Assembly (NCBI GenBank): GCA_035569025.1
Contig: DATMNN010000098.1
Span: forward strand, 11,644 to 75,643
Reading direction: 5' to 3'
Source: Terriglobales bacterium
Lineage (GTDB): Bacteria; Acidobacteriota; Terriglobia; Terriglobales; Acidobacteriaceae
DNA length: 64,000 nt
Each line of letters begins with the position of its first letter. Within the stretch, counting starts at the first letter, position 1. Both the position numbers and the translations under genes were made by a program. The notes beneath the pieces are model-generated. The model saw only the letters and a list, made by a program, of their open reading frames with translations. It had not been told where the DNA came from and searched no databases. This document shows positions 52,106 to 62,752 of this stretch, piece by piece.

Positions 52106-52840
52106 ATGCAGATTCGAGTGCTTTTCTTCGGAATTCTGAAAGATGTCCTCGGCCGCTCCAGCGAGACGCTCGATCTGCCGGACGGCGCGCGTCTTGGCGC
52201 CGTAGTTACCCACTATGCCAGCCAGGTGCCCCGTTTGGAGTCCCTGCTGCCTTCCGTCGCCTTTTCGGTGAACCAGGAATATTCAGTGCCCGACCAACTT
52301 CTGCGAGCAGGCGATGAAGTAGCGCTACTTCCGCCGGTAAGTGGCGGAGCGCAGCACGGCCCGCCGGTTGGGAATGTCCGCATCGTGCGGGAGCCGATTT
52401 CCACTCAGACCGAAGTGGACCGCATCAAGCTGCCGCAGGATGGTGCTGCCGTCATCTTCGAAGGCGTGGTCCGCAACAACACGCGCGGACGCCGTACCCT
52501 CTATCTCGACTACGAGTCCTACGAAGCGATGGCCCTTAAACAAATGGAAGCCCTCGCCGATCAGGCTCGCGAGCGGTTTGCGGTGCGCGCGGTTAGCCTG
52601 GTGCATCGCCTGGGCCGGCTCGAAATCGGCGAAACCAGCGTGCTGATTGTAGTGGCCTCAGCCCACCGCGGCCCAGCTTTTGAAGCATGCCGCTGGATCA
52701 TTGACACCTTGAAGAAGACCGTCCCCATCTGGAAGAAGGAGTACTTCGAAGACGGCGCGGTTTGGGCCGATGGCGAGCCGTTTCCCGAAGAAATCGTCGC
52801 GCCAGCGGGTACAATCGGCGTACAGCCCGCATCCAAATGA
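52106..52840 (+). CDS. moaD/moaE: Fused molybdopterin synthase MoaD-MoaE
   Basis: The N-terminal 82 aa end in …VALLPPVSGG (MoaD C-terminal Gly-Gly). They run without a stop into the MoaE blocks (…GAAVIFEGVVRN…SVLIVVASAHRGPAFEACRWIIDTLKKTVPIWKKE). Confidence 0.85.
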   Translation: MQIRVLFFGILKDVLGRSSETLDLPDGARLGAVVTHYASQVPRLESLLPSVAFSVNQEYSVPDQLLRAGDEVALLPPVSGGAQHGPPVGNVRIVREPISTQTEVDRIKLPQDGAAVIFEGVVRNNTRGRRTLYLDYESYEAMALKQMEALADQARERFAVRAVSLVHRLGRLEIGETSVLIVVASAHRGPAFEACRWIIDTLKKTVPIWKKEYFEDGAVWADGEPFPEEIVAPAGTIGVQPASK

Positions 52841-52850
52841 TTGTCCCGGC

Positions 52851-53768
52851 ATGAAAAACCTCTGGCTAGCCCTAGCGATGATGAGCGGCGCCACCACCCT
52901 GGCGTGCCTGGCGCAGGATGCGGACACCACCTTCAAAGTGGACGTCAAATTGGTGAACGTTTTTGTCACCGTCACCAATGCCCAGGGCGGTCCGGTGTCG
53001 AGCCTGCAAAAAGAAAATTTCGTTCTGAAGGAAGACGGCAAAGAGCAGAAGATCGCAAATTTCAGCCGGGAGTCGGCGTTGCCGCTTTCGATCGTGCTCG
53101 CGATCGATACCAGCCTGAGCACCAAGAAAGATCTTCCGCTCGAGCAGTCGGCGTCGCACAAGTTCGCACACGCCATCGTTCGTCCCGAGGATGGGTTGGC
53201 AGTCTACAAGTTCAGCGAGGAAGTCACCCAGGTCGTGCCTTTCACGTCTGACCTGAACCGGATCGATGCCGGCATCGACCACCTTCGCAACGGTTCTGCG
53301 ACAGCTTTATTCGATGTGGTCTTCCTGGGCGCGGAAGCGTTAGGCAAGCGGCAGGGAAGAAAAGTCATCGTCGCAGTCACCGATGGCGGCGACACCATCA
53401 GCCAGGTGAATTACAGGCAAGCGCTGCGCGCCGCGCAGGAATCGGAAGCGATCATCTATAGCGTCATCATTGTTCCGATCGAGGCCAGCGCCGGACGCGA
53501 CACCGGCGGCGAACACGCGCTCATTCAATTCTCGGAAGACACCGGGGGCAAGTATTACTACGCGAGTTCGCTGCCGGAACTGGAGGACGCCTTCAAAAAA
53601 ATCAGTGACGAACTGCGCCTGCAATACCTGCTGGCGTACTACCCGTCGCAGCATGAGTCGCCCAACGACTTCCGCCGCATTCAAATCGACCTCGCCAACA
53701 TTCCGGCGGGAGGCCCGTACCAGGCACGCTACCGCGCCGGGTATTACACCACCAGGGACTCGTTCTAG
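52851..53768 (+). CDS. Secreted VWA-domain protein (VWFA-related acidobacterial type)
   Basis: A signal peptide is present. The block FKVDVKLVNVFVTVTNAQGGPV..L.KENF.L.EDGKEQKI..F is followed by the MIDAS-like DTSLS. Confidence 0.85.
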   Translation: MKNLWLALAMMSGATTLACLAQDADTTFKVDVKLVNVFVTVTNAQGGPVSSLQKENFVLKEDGKEQKIANFSRESALPLSIVLAIDTSLSTKKDLPLEQSASHKFAHAIVRPEDGLAVYKFSEEVTQVVPFTSDLNRIDAGIDHLRNGSATALFDVVFLGAEALGKRQGRKVIVAVTDGGDTISQVNYRQALRAAQESEAIIYSVIIVPIEASAGRDTGGEHALIQFSEDTGGKYYYASSLPELEDAFKKISDELRLQYLLAYYPSQHESPNDFRRIQIDLANIPAGGPYQARYRAGYYTTRDSF

Positions 53769-53773
53769 GAGAG

Positions 53774-53797
53774 CAGCTGTCAGCTGTCAGCTCTCAG
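53774..53797. repeat. Heptamer tandem array CAGCTGT x3
   Basis: cagctgt cagctgt cagctct cag begins 6 nt after the VWA gene stop. Confidence 0.5.
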
Positions 53798-53964
53798 GAA
53801 AACCAAGGCTCCTTTCGGCAGCGAGGCTTTCCTGACACCTGAGACCCGCCACCTGTTACCTGAATTCGTAGACACCTCCACGCCCCCACCCCCGCATCTA
53901 GTAAACTGTCCTATCCAAATTGTTGAGGCTTTTGAAGCTCAGACCCTAGCATCGCAGAATCGCT

Positions 53965-56900
53965 TTGTCGTTCTGCTCCCAGGAGAGTGTTGCTTTGTTA
54001 TCCAAGCCCGTGTTGTGGCGGCGGTTGTTTTGCACGATCTCTTTCTGTCTCATTGCTTTGGCAGTACCAAGCCTCCCTCTCCGCGCGCAAGATACTCCCG
54101 CCCAGCAGCCCGCGGGCCAGGAACCCGCAGCCCAGGAGACTCCGGCGCCCTCCGAGGCGCCCACAGGTACGATTTCGGGAACGGTTAAGGACCCGGACGG
54201 AAATCCCATCGAGGGCGCTCGCGTCTTGTTCCGCTTCAAGGTGGAGGGCACGAGCAGCGTGGTACGTTCTGGCAAGGACGGCACATTTGTCTCGGAAGCT
54301 CTCACGCCCGGCGACTACGTCGTCCGCGTCGAGGGCCGCAATCACCAGATCGCCGAAACGCATGTCACCGTGAAAGTGGGAGCGGCCTCCTCCGCCGACT
54401 TCAAGCTCGAGGCCATCAACCCCGGCCCCGTTCGTCTCGAGAGCCGGCTTTCTGGTGAACTGGTCGACAGCCTGCCGATCAACGGCCGGAGCACCGTGGA
54501 CGTTGCGCGCACCGAACCGGGAATTCAAGTTGTCGACGGAGCGATTCTCGATGCAGGCAAGAGCGGATACCAGGCGCTCTCCATCAACAGTCAGTTGGGA
54601 CGCACCGTACACTACGACTTCGACGAAGTCGAGGCCATGGACGAGACCAAGGGCATCGCCATCGCGAACCTGCCCGCTGAATCCGTGCAGGAAGTGATCG
54701 TCACCCGCACGATGCCGGAAGTGTTTCAGTCGCTAAACGCTGCCGGATCCGTTCGGTTGCGGACCCGTTCGGGCGGCGACGATTTCCATGGCAATCTTTT
54801 TGGCAACTTCCGCGACCGTTCCATCGGGCTCGCCGGCTTTCCGTCGGGCGACCCGAAATACACTCGCCAGCATTACGGCTTCGACGCGGGCGGCGCGCTG
54901 ATCAAAGGCAAGGCTTTTCTCTTTGTCGGCGGTGAACGTACGAAACAGGACGGCGTTCTGCCGATCTATCCGGGCTTTCCTTTTAATTCTCTTAGCACCC
55001 GCCAGGCACCCTTCCGCGAGAACATGCTGACTGCTCGCCTCGACTACAACTGGTCGGAGAATGCGAAGTGGTTTGCTCGCTATAGCTACGACAACTCCAA
55101 TGGACTGGGCCCGACCGATACCTTGTCCCAATTCCGCAATCAGGTGAACGTGCCGTCCGCCGTATTCGGCCTGGACTGGAATCACGGCCGCTTTGCCCAT
55201 AGCGGACGCTTCGGATATCAGAAGCTCGTCAACTCTATCAGCCCGTCGGACGATGGAAATCCGTTCGGCGTCCCGTTTAATTTGCAGCTCGGATCGTTTG
55301 CCGCAGGCCCCAGCAATCTCGGCCCGCGCCAGACGATTCAGCGCGACATTTTCGGGCGCTACGACGGCAGCACTCCCTTCCGCGACCGCCACACTTTCCG
55401 ATTTGGCGGAGCCATTCATCACATTTCGCAAGGCGACTTCTTCGCGCCGGGAACTTTCGGCCCATCGGTGACCAGCTCCAACGGCATCGATGTGATCAAC
55501 GCGATCAATGGGGACCCGACGCTGGAGGGAGGCGCGGACAATCCTCTGAATTATCCGGTCGGCACGATCACGATCTACAACGGGCTGGGAAACTTCAGCG
55601 AACATTCTGCATTCAATCGCGCGACCGGCGGCCACACAGACAACCGGATAGAACTCTATTTCGGCGACACGTTCAAGGTCTATCCGAACCTGAATATTTT
55701 CGTGGGTGTGAACTACGTCCGCGACACGGGCCGCTCGAACAGCGACATCGGGTCGATTCCATGTTCGGCGATCAATGGGGATCTGGTGCCGAATGCTCCT
55801 TGCGCGGGCAGCACGCCGATTCTCGATTCGTTCGGCGACATCAAGGGGCTTGGCAATCGCGTAAGCCAGCCAAACTGGAATTTCGCGCCGCAGATCGGCG
55901 TCGCGTGGGACCCGGGCCGCAACGGGCGCACGGTGATTCGCGCCGGCAGCGGCATGTTTTTCGACAACTTCCTGTTGCAGAACGCCTATCAGGACCGCAT
56001 CAGCCGTCTGTCGCAGGGACAATATTTCCGCAGTTTAGATCTGTGTCCGGCAACAACTGTGCTGTTCCCCAACGGGCAGAGGGTAAGCGCGGGTCCTACT
56101 GACGGCGTAAGTATCGCTTCGCTTTGCGGACAGCCGGTCGGCGGCACTGTGTCTGGACCCGATGGCCCGGTGGTTGTGGCGCAGGCGATTCAGGATCTCC
56201 AACAGGACTACCTGGACGCGCAGGCGGCCGTCACCGGCGGGCCCAACGTTTACTCGCTCGCCAACAGCCTTGCGAACTTCGGCGGCACGCTCGCCCCGAA
56301 CTTCCGCACGCCGCGCGTGGTGCATATGAACTTCGGCATCCAGCACCAGCTCGGCGAGCACAGTATGTTCTCGATCGACTATGTGCGGCAGATCGGTACG
56401 CAGTATCCGCTGGGCATCGACACGAATCACGTCGGAGACGCCAGCCATCTGAATTCCGTCGCTGCGCTAGCGGCGATGCAGGCGACCGTTCAGAATGCCA
56501 ATCCGGTCGTATCTCAATGCCTCACCGCGGCTGGTGTCGTTTTCCCTTTGAGGGCCGGTTCTCAGTCCCAAGCTGCGGTGCAGTGCTACATCGATGGCGT
56601 TCCGGGAGCCAGCATCGTCGACTTTGCCCGCAACGGCCTGGATTCGTCCAATGCGTATTGTGGCCCGTTTCCATGTTCGGTACTCGGCTTGCGTAATGCG
56701 GCCTTCGGGGGGATCAATCCCGCCGTGGGCTCTAACGTCATGTACTTCTCCAGCGGACGCACTGAGTACTCCGGCCTGCATGCGACGTTCCGGACCTCGG
56801 GCGATCACCTGGCGCGCGGTATCCGCCATTGGGATCTGGCGTTCTCCTACACGTATTCGAAATATCAAAGCAACGTCGCGGCGGCCGACGGTAGCGGCGG

Positions 56901-57693
56901 CGATTTCTCGATTCTCAGCCGCGCCGAGGACTACATACGTCCGCACGTCGGACATTTCGGATCATCAGGCCTGGACCGCCGCAACATGTTCACAATCGCG
57001 CCGACCTTCGACTTTCCGCGCGGGCCGCGTCTTTCCGTCGTCGCGCAACTCGCGTCGCCGCTTGAACTCAGTGCCCGCCTTCCACAACTCGATGGCGGAG
57101 GAGTCGCCGGCGAAATTTTCCGCACTGACGCCACTGGCGACGGAACTGTCGGCGATCTTCTCCCCGGCACAAATGTTGGCGGTCTGGGTGGATACTCCGG
57201 CAGCGACCTCGGCAAGGCCGTCGCGTTCTACAACAACAACTACGCCGGCCGCCTGACCTCGGCTGGCGGGGCGTTGGCCAGCCCGAACGGCACGATACCT
57301 GCGCTGTTTACCGTCGACCAGTTGTCAAAACTTGGCGCCCAGTTTCCGCTGTTGCAGCCTGTTCCGGGAGACGTCGCACAAGCGAAGTGGCTCAGGACGG
57401 TCGATCTGCGGCTGAGCTGGCCGTTGCGGGTTGGAGAGCGTGTCCGCATAGAGCCGAATGTCGCCGCGTTCAACGTATTCAACATCGCCAACTTCGGAGG
57501 CGCGGGCCGCCAGTTGAACGGCGTACTGGATGGAGCTCCCGGCAGTTCGCTGAACAACGCCAGTACTGCGGGAACCTGCGGTAATTCGTCTGCGCTCTGC
57601 ACGTCGCGGTTGGACCGGGTTCTGCCCGGCTCCGGGACCTATGGACTGGGAGCGCCCCGACAGATTGAGTTTGGAGTGAAGATCAGTTTCTGA
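53965..57693 (+). CDS. Giant outer-membrane protein: CarboxypepD_reg domain plus TonB-dependent-receptor-like beta-barrel
   Basis: A signal peptide is present. GTISGTVKDPDGNPIEGARV…GDYVVRVEG is the carboxypeptidase-regulatory fold. A long barrel follows, ending in …EFGVKISF. The start is uncertain (TTG at 53965 or TTG near 53995 after AGGAG). Confidence 0.85.
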   Translation: MSFCSQESVALLSKPVLWRRLFCTISFCLIALAVPSLPLRAQDTPAQQPAGQEPAAQETPAPSEAPTGTISGTVKDPDGNPIEGARVLFRFKVEGTSSVVRSGKDGTFVSEALTPGDYVVRVEGRNHQIAETHVTVKVGAASSADFKLEAINPGPVRLESRLSGELVDSLPINGRSTVDVARTEPGIQVVDGAILDAGKSGYQALSINSQLGRTVHYDFDEVEAMDETKGIAIANLPAESVQEVIVTRTMPEVFQSLNAAGSVRLRTRSGGDDFHGNLFGNFRDRSIGLAGFPSGDPKYTRQHYGFDAGGALIKGKAFLFVGGERTKQDGVLPIYPGFPFNSLSTRQAPFRENMLTARLDYNWSENAKWFARYSYDNSNGLGPTDTLSQFRNQVNVPSAVFGLDWNHGRFAHSGRFGYQKLVNSISPSDDGNPFGVPFNLQLGSFAAGPSNLGPRQTIQRDIFGRYDGSTPFRDRHTFRFGGAIHHISQGDFFAPGTFGPSVTSSNGIDVINAINGDPTLEGGADNPLNYPVGTITIYNGLGNFSEHSAFNRATGGHTDNRIELYFGDTFKVYPNLNIFVGVNYVRDTGRSNSDIGSIPCSAINGDLVPNAPCAGSTPILDSFGDIKGLGNRVSQPNWNFAPQIGVAWDPGRNGRTVIRAGSGMFFDNFLLQNAYQDRISRLSQGQYFRSLDLCPATTVLFPNGQRVSAGPTDGVSIASLCGQPVGGTVSGPDGPVVVAQAIQDLQQDYLDAQAAVTGGPNVYSLANSLANFGGTLAPNFRTPRVVHMNFGIQHQLGEHSMFSIDYVRQIGTQYPLGIDTNHVGDASHLNSVAALAAMQATVQNANPVVSQCLTAAGVVFPLRAGSQSQAAVQCYIDGVPGASIVDFARNGLDSSNAYCGPFPCSVLGLRNAAFGGINPAVGSNVMYFSSGRTEYSGLHATFRTSGDHLARGIRHWDLAFSYTYSKYQSNVAAADGSGGDFSILSRAEDYIRPHVGHFGSSGLDRRNMFTIAPTFDFPRGPRLSVVAQLASPLELSARLPQLDGGGVAGEIFRTDATGDGTVGDLLPGTNVGGLGGYSGSDLGKAVAFYNNNYAGRLTSAGGALASPNGTIPALFTVDQLSKLGAQFPLLQPVPGDVAQAKWLRTVDLRLSWPLRVGERVRIEPNVAAFNVFNIANFGGAGRQLNGVLDGAPGSSLNNASTAGTCGNSSALCTSRLDRVLPGSGTYGLGAPRQIEFGVKISF

Positions 57694-57776
57694 TCTCCAG
57701 CGAGAGATTTTCGCGCTCCGAACACTTGGGGAGATTCGGGGATAAGAGTTTGTTGAAGAGGTTTGCGGTGCCTATC

Positions 57777-57914
57777 TCGGGGGCTGAAGCCCCTCGTTAG
57801 TGATCGTTCCGGCACGGCTGAAGCCGTGCCCTCCCGTCTTTAAGTATGATTGTGAGGCTTTAAGTGTGAGCGGTGAACGTCTGCGCCACTCAAAAGCAGA
57901 GCTTCAGCAAACTG
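57777..57914. repeat. Mosaic REP-like element (ggggctgaagcccc, cggcacggctgaagccgtgcc, and gagcggtgaacgtctgcgccactcaaaagcagag units)
   Basis: It combines the sub-units seen at 46825 and 45906/40376. It lies between two convergent genes. Confidence 0.8.
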
Positions 57915-57924
57915 TCAGGCCGCG

Positions 57925-58680
57925 TCACCGCGCCGCGAACGCGAACAGCACGAGGATGTAAATCCACAGCCCGGTCATGAAATGCCAGTACCAGGCGGTG
58001 ATGTCCACAACGATCCTTCGACTTTCTACCGGACGATCCAGCACTGCGGCGACGTTTGCGAAGGTGAGTGCGACGATTCCTCCTGCGAGGTGAATTCCAT
58101 GCATCGCCGTCAGGATGTACACGAAGGAACTGCTGGTACCGCCGAGCAGGTGAAATCCACCGGCGGAAAGTTGCCGCCACGCAAATAGTTGTCCTGCCAG
58201 AAATAAGAGCCCAAGAACCGTCGTGAAGGCGAGCCACGGAACCGATCGTTCGTCTCCCAGTGTAACGCCGGGGATCGACTTGATCGGCGCAAGCGCGGCC
58301 TCGCGCGTAATCGCCCGGCGTGCCAGATCGATGGTGACAGTGCTGAGGATCAGGATGAAGGTGTTGGCCAGCAGAATCGCCCACGGGAGCCGCACGGGAA
58401 CCCACGTCCGGATGTAGGTGTCGCTGGTGACGTCGAAACTGACGAAGCCCCGGCGGACCATATACACGACCGTGAACGAAACGAACAGCATCAGGATCGG
58501 CGCCATGAACACCATCAGCGCGAGCCGGGCATGGCGCAGACGCTGCCCGTAGTTGGGCATGCTATCGCCGCTGCCGCGGTCGTTATCGTTACGTCCGTCG
58601 TCGCCACCGCCGGTGTAGGGCGGCAGGGAATTGCCATTGTGTCCGGTGGGGCGATGCGAAACGGGAGTGGATCGTGCCAT
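57925..58680 (-). CDS. Haem-copper oxidase subunit III-like membrane protein (stand-alone)
   Basis: …FVYILTAMHGIHLAGGIVAL… and …ITAWYWHFMTGLWIYILV… are typical of subunit III. The N-terminal ~45 aa are Gly/Asp/Asn-rich. The TTG at 58689 is an alternative start. Confidence 0.8.
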   Translation of the reverse strand: MARSTPVSHRPTGHNGNSLPPYTGGGDDGRNDNDRGSGDSMPNYGQRLRHARLALMVFMAPILMLFVSFTVVYMVRRGFVSFDVTSDTYIRTWVPVRLPWAILLANTFILILSTVTIDLARRAITREAALAPIKSIPGVTLGDERSVPWLAFTTVLGLLFLAGQLFAWRQLSAGGFHLLGGTSSSFVYILTAMHGIHLAGGIVALTFANVAAVLDRPVESRRIVVDITAWYWHFMTGLWIYILVLFAFAAR

Positions 58681-58811
58681 GTCGTTCAACGTCGGCAGAG
58701 ACGCTCGTTCTGTTTAGATAATCTCACCGCGCATGAGACTTTTCAAACTGCTGTCTTGTAGATGCGCAAAGGTGGATTGGGGCTGCAAGTCCAGGGGGAA
58801 GTGACGCACTG

Positions 58812-61295
58812 CTAGTCGGCGGCGACCGCTTTGCGATACTCCTCGATGTGGTCGCGAACCTCTTCCATGATTTTCTGATACTCAGGATCGTTGCGCAGGT
58901 TGTTGTAGTTTTTGTCGCGCTGAAACCACGGGTAATTGTGATTGCCCAGAGTGACGGCCCGCCGCAGCCACGCCAACGCCTGTTTCTTCTCGCCCAGCAT
59001 GGCGTAGATGCCACCGATCCAGTACGCGCCGTCGCCGTCGACGTATTGGTCGGGCTTGCGGGAGAAGACAATCGGATCAATTTTGTCGCGCTGTCCTCGC
59101 GAAGCATAAAGAAAAGCGGCCAGGATAGGGGGCGCTTCGTCGCCGCTGCCACGCCCCAGTTCGACGGCGCGGCTGAGCGCCTTCTCCGCCTCGTCGTACT
59201 TGCCTTGGTAGTAAAGGAACTCACCCAAGTAGGCGAGCGCCTTGAAGTGATCCGGGTTGACGGAAAGCAGACGCCTCATCTCTTCCTCGGATTCCTCCGG
59301 CCGTCCCTGGAACAAGTGCATACGGGCGTGCATCCAGTGAATACGGATGGTGGTGGGGTTTAAGTCAACGCTGCGGTCGTAGGCGTTTTCCGCGAGGTCC
59401 AGGAGACCCGTGTAATGGTAGAGGTATCCGAGAAGATCCCACGCGGTCTCGGAGTTAGGGGCGAGGGCCACGGCCTGCCGCAGCGCTTTGAGCGCTTCAA
59501 GATTGCGCCCTTGCTCGGTAAGGGCGCCGCCGAGGGCCAGCAGGGCATCGGGGGAATTGGGTTTCAAGGCGACCGCGCGGCGGGCGGCCTTTTCTCCCGC
59601 GGAAAGATTGTCCGCTGCGTTGGCCGGCATGTTGGCGGCCTCCATGAAGTACAGCGTGGAGAGCAGCGCGTAAGCTTCCGCAAAGTTGGGATCCTTCGCG
59701 ATCGCATCCTGCGCCAATTGCTCTCCCTTGTGGAGGCTCTCGGCCTGTGTGTGCATAAAGTAGTCGTTGCGGTAGAAACGCGCCTGAAGGTAGAGGTTGT
59801 ACGCCTGCGGAGAAGTTGTCAGGGGCGCTTCGAGCGTTTGTTGCTCGTTGCCGGAGACCTCGACCTTCAAACCGTCCACGACTTTCTTGGAAATTTCGTC
59901 CTGGAACTTGAGCATGTCGTTGGCGCGCAAATCATAATGCTCGGCCCAACGGGCAGACTTGTCCTTCTGATCGATGAGCTGTACCGATACGCGGATCACC
60001 GAGCCGGCACGCTGATAAGTCCCGTCGACTACGGAATCCACCTGGAGTTCCTGCGCAGCCTGCGACGGGTCGACCGGCGTTTTCACATATTTCAGGACGG
60101 AACTGGTCGGGCGCACAGCGAGATTCTGCAACGTGGCCAGGCGCGTGATGATGGCGTCGGTCATGCCGACACCCCAGGCTTCGTCGGCGGTGTCGCCGGA
60201 GAGCGAACGGAAGGGAAGCACCGCGACCGTTCGGACGCCGGATCTCGCGGCTTCGTGGTGGTGATGATCGCTATCCTGCGCCGCTTCGTGCTCGTCGTGT
60301 GAAGCGTCCGGGCGGGGGCGCGTGTATTCGAAGTAGAGGGCTGCTCCCGCGACTATCGCGGCCACCAGCGCAACGAATCCCCACTTTAGAACCGAGTTGC
60401 GAGGAAAGCCGGCGGCCGTACTGGCCGAGGTGATTCGTCCCGACTCGGTGTCCCGCATCAACCGCTTCAAATCCGCGCGCATTTCCGACGCGTGCTGGTA
60501 GCGGACGTCGCGATCCTTCTCCAGCGCTTTGGAAATGATGCGCTCCAGATCGCTCGGCACGGCGGGATTCAGGCGGACTGGAGGAGTGGGTTCGCGATTC
60601 AGGAGGCCGTCAAAAATCTCAGCCGTGCCCGTGCCGCGAAACGGGACGAAGCCCGTGACCATCTCGTAAAGTACGGCGCCGAACGAGAACAGGTCGGTGC
60701 GAGCGTCCAACTCTTTCCCGCGCGCTTGCTCGGGCGACATGTAAGCGACGGTCCCGATACTGGTGCCGGGACTGGTGAGCTGGTCCTGCGTCATGGTGGG
60801 CGCGGACCCAACGTCGCCCGTGAGCGTGGTCTGCTTGGCCAGGCCGAAGTCGAGAATCTTCACTTGCCCGGTGGTGGTGACAAAAATATTCGCCGGCTTG
60901 ATGTCGCGATGCACAATTCCCTTGGAGTGGGCGGCATTCAGGCCATCAGCAATTTGCACGGCAATATCAAGAGCTTTATCAATCTCAAGAGCGTGATTGT
61001 TAATCAGATGCTTGAGAGTTTCGCCTTCCAGGTACTCCATGCACAGGAAGGGCTGGCTTTCGTGATCGTCAATCTCATAAATCGTACAGATGTGGGGATG
61101 GTTCAACGCGGACGCGGCGCGCGCTTCCCGCTGAAACCGTTCGAGGGCTTGAGGATCGTCGGATAGATCAGGGGGGATGAACTTGATCGCAACGTGACGG
61201 CCAAGCTTGAGGTCTTCCGCCTGGTAAACCACTCCCATGCCCCCGCCTCCCAGCTTGCTGAGGATGCGGTAGTGAGAGATAGTTTGGCCGATCAT
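58812..61295 (-). CDS. Ser/Thr protein kinase with one TM segment and a C-terminal TPR-repeat domain
   Basis: A complete Hanks kinase domain is present ([35 protein letters not shown]). A TM segment ([16 protein letters not shown]) follows, then TPR-like repeats. Confidence 0.9.
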   Translation of the reverse strand: MIGQTISHYRILSKLGGGGMGVVYQAEDLKLGRHVAIKFIPPDLSDDPQALERFQREARAASALNHPHICTIYEIDDHESQPFLCMEYLEGETLKHLINNHALEIDKALDIAVQIADGLNAAHSKGIVHRDIKPANIFVTTTGQVKILDFGLAKQTTLTGDVGSAPTMTQDQLTSPGTSIGTVAYMSPEQARGKELDARTDLFSFGAVLYEMVTGFVPFRGTGTAEIFDGLLNREPTPPVRLNPAVPSDLERIISKALEKDRDVRYQHASEMRADLKRLMRDTESGRITSASTAAGFPRNSVLKWGFVALVAAIVAGAALYFEYTRPRPDASHDEHEAAQDSDHHHHEAARSGVRTVAVLPFRSLSGDTADEAWGVGMTDAIITRLATLQNLAVRPTSSVLKYVKTPVDPSQAAQELQVDSVVDGTYQRAGSVIRVSVQLIDQKDKSARWAEHYDLRANDMLKFQDEISKKVVDGLKVEVSGNEQQTLEAPLTTSPQAYNLYLQARFYRNDYFMHTQAESLHKGEQLAQDAIAKDPNFAEAYALLSTLYFMEAANMPANAADNLSAGEKAARRAVALKPNSPDALLALGGALTEQGRNLEALKALRQAVALAPNSETAWDLLGYLYHYTGLLDLAENAYDRSVDLNPTTIRIHWMHARMHLFQGRPEESEEEMRRLLSVNPDHFKALAYLGEFLYYQGKYDEAEKALSRAVELGRGSGDEAPPILAAFLYASRGQRDKIDPIVFSRKPDQYVDGDGAYWIGGIYAMLGEKKQALAWLRRAVTLGNHNYPWFQRDKNYNNLRNDPEYQKIMEEVRDHIEEYRKAVAAD

Positions 61296-61397
61296 GGAGT
61301 GCGAGAGATAATGGTAGGGGCTAGAGCGGGCAGAGTCAATGGAGGGTAGTGTCGATCCTATTTAGGCGCGTATTTGCTTTGCGGTTGCCAGGGGCAG

Positions 61398-62657
61398 TTA
61401 ACCCGCGCGCCGCAGCACCAGAGCCGAGTTCTTGCTGCCGAACGCGATGCAGTTGCACACGGCGTGCTCAATCGCGGCGCGGCGGCCGGGTTGCGGGACG
61501 TAATCCAGATCACACAGGGGATCGGGCGTGTCGAGGTTGAGAGTGGGTGGAAGCTGGCCGCTCTGCATGGCGATGACGGTCGCGACCACTCCGGCAGCGC
61601 CACATGCCCCTTGCGGATGCCCGATCTGCGACTTCAACGCGGACATTGGAATCTGGTGGGCGCGCTCTTCGCCGAGCGCGAGTTTCAGCGCGCGGGTTTC
61701 GATGCGATCGTTCAAGTCCGTCGATGTGCCGTGCAGGTTGACGTAGTGGATGTCCTGCGGTCCGACGCCCGCCTCCTGCATCGCAAGACCGATCGCGCGC
61801 GCCGGTTCCTCGCCACATTCCTGTAATCGCACGCGATGAAAGGCTTCGCACGTGGAGCCGTATCCGACAATTTCAGCCAGCATGTTTGCGCCGCGCGCCT
61901 GCGCGTGTTCGTACTCTTCGAGGATGTACATCCAGGAGCCCTCGGCCAGCACGAAGCCGTCTCGGTCAGCCGAGAAGGGACGCGAGCCCTTCTCCGGCGC
62001 GTGGTTCCACGAACTGGTCATGATCCGCATCAGGATGAAGCCCTTCACAATGCCGAGTGCGATCGGGGAATCGGCGCCTCCGCTCAAGATGCAATCGGCG
62101 CGTCCGGACTGAATCTGCCGAGTCGCGTAGTTGAGCGCGTCGGTCGAAGACGTGCACCCCGTGGTGACGACATGGCTGGGCCCGCGCAGCCCGAAGCGGA
62201 TGCTGAGGTCGCTGGCGAGCGTCCCCATGACGGTCGTGGGGACACAGTGAACGCTCATCTGCCGCTGCTTGTCATGGAAGAACAACTCGTACTGCTGTTC
62301 GGTGAACTCCTGCGAGCCTCCGCCCGATCCGATGATCACGCCAAAGCGGCGTAGTTCGTCGAGCGAGAGCCGGGCACTGTCAAGGCCGGAACTTTCGAGC
62401 GCCTCCGTGGCGGCAGCAATGGCCAGCGGCAGAACGCGCGACACATGCCGGCGGTCTTTCTTTTCCATCCAAGCCAGCTCGTCGAAGTCTGCCACCTCAC
62501 CTGCGATCTGCACGTTGAGCCCGCTGGGATCGAAGCGCGTAATGCGGCGCACGCCACTGCGCCCTGCGAGAAGGGCGTCCGTGAACGCCGCGCGGCCAAT
62601 GCCGTTTGGACTGACTGCACCGATGCCGGTGATCACGACTCGCCGCTTGTGGGCCAT
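61398..62657 (-). CDS. fabF: Beta-ketoacyl-ACP synthase II-like (KAS)
   Basis: RRVVITGIGAVSP…TTGCTSS (active-site Cys)…NLHGTST…GHPQGACG. Confidence 0.9.
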   Translation of the reverse strand: MAHKRRVVITGIGAVSPNGIGRAAFTDALLAGRSGVRRITRFDPSGLNVQIAGEVADFDELAWMEKKDRRHVSRVLPLAIAAATEALESSGLDSARLSLDELRRFGVIIGSGGGSQEFTEQQYELFFHDKQRQMSVHCVPTTVMGTLASDLSIRFGLRGPSHVVTTGCTSSTDALNYATRQIQSGRADCILSGGADSPIALGIVKGFILMRIMTSSWNHAPEKGSRPFSADRDGFVLAEGSWMYILEEYEHAQARGANMLAEIVGYGSTCEAFHRVRLQECGEEPARAIGLAMQEAGVGPQDIHYVNLHGTSTDLNDRIETRALKLALGEERAHQIPMSALKSQIGHPQGACGAAGVVATVIAMQSGQLPPTLNLDTPDPLCDLDYVPQPGRRAAIEHAVCNCIAFGSKNSALVLRRAG

Positions 62658-62752
62658 GGGATAGGTGAGATGTCGAAGGCAGTGGCGAGGTTACCAGAAA
62701 GGGGAGATTTCGGTAAGCGCCAGAGTGAGGAATTGGTCGGTTGCGCGTCAAA

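Noticed and set aside
53998-56022. 204-aa and 429-aa minus-strand ORFs (53998..54612 and 54733..56022)
   Set aside because: Both are antisense to the 1242-aa outer-membrane protein gene, which has a clear signal peptide, domain and C-terminal barrel motif. They are shadow ORFs.
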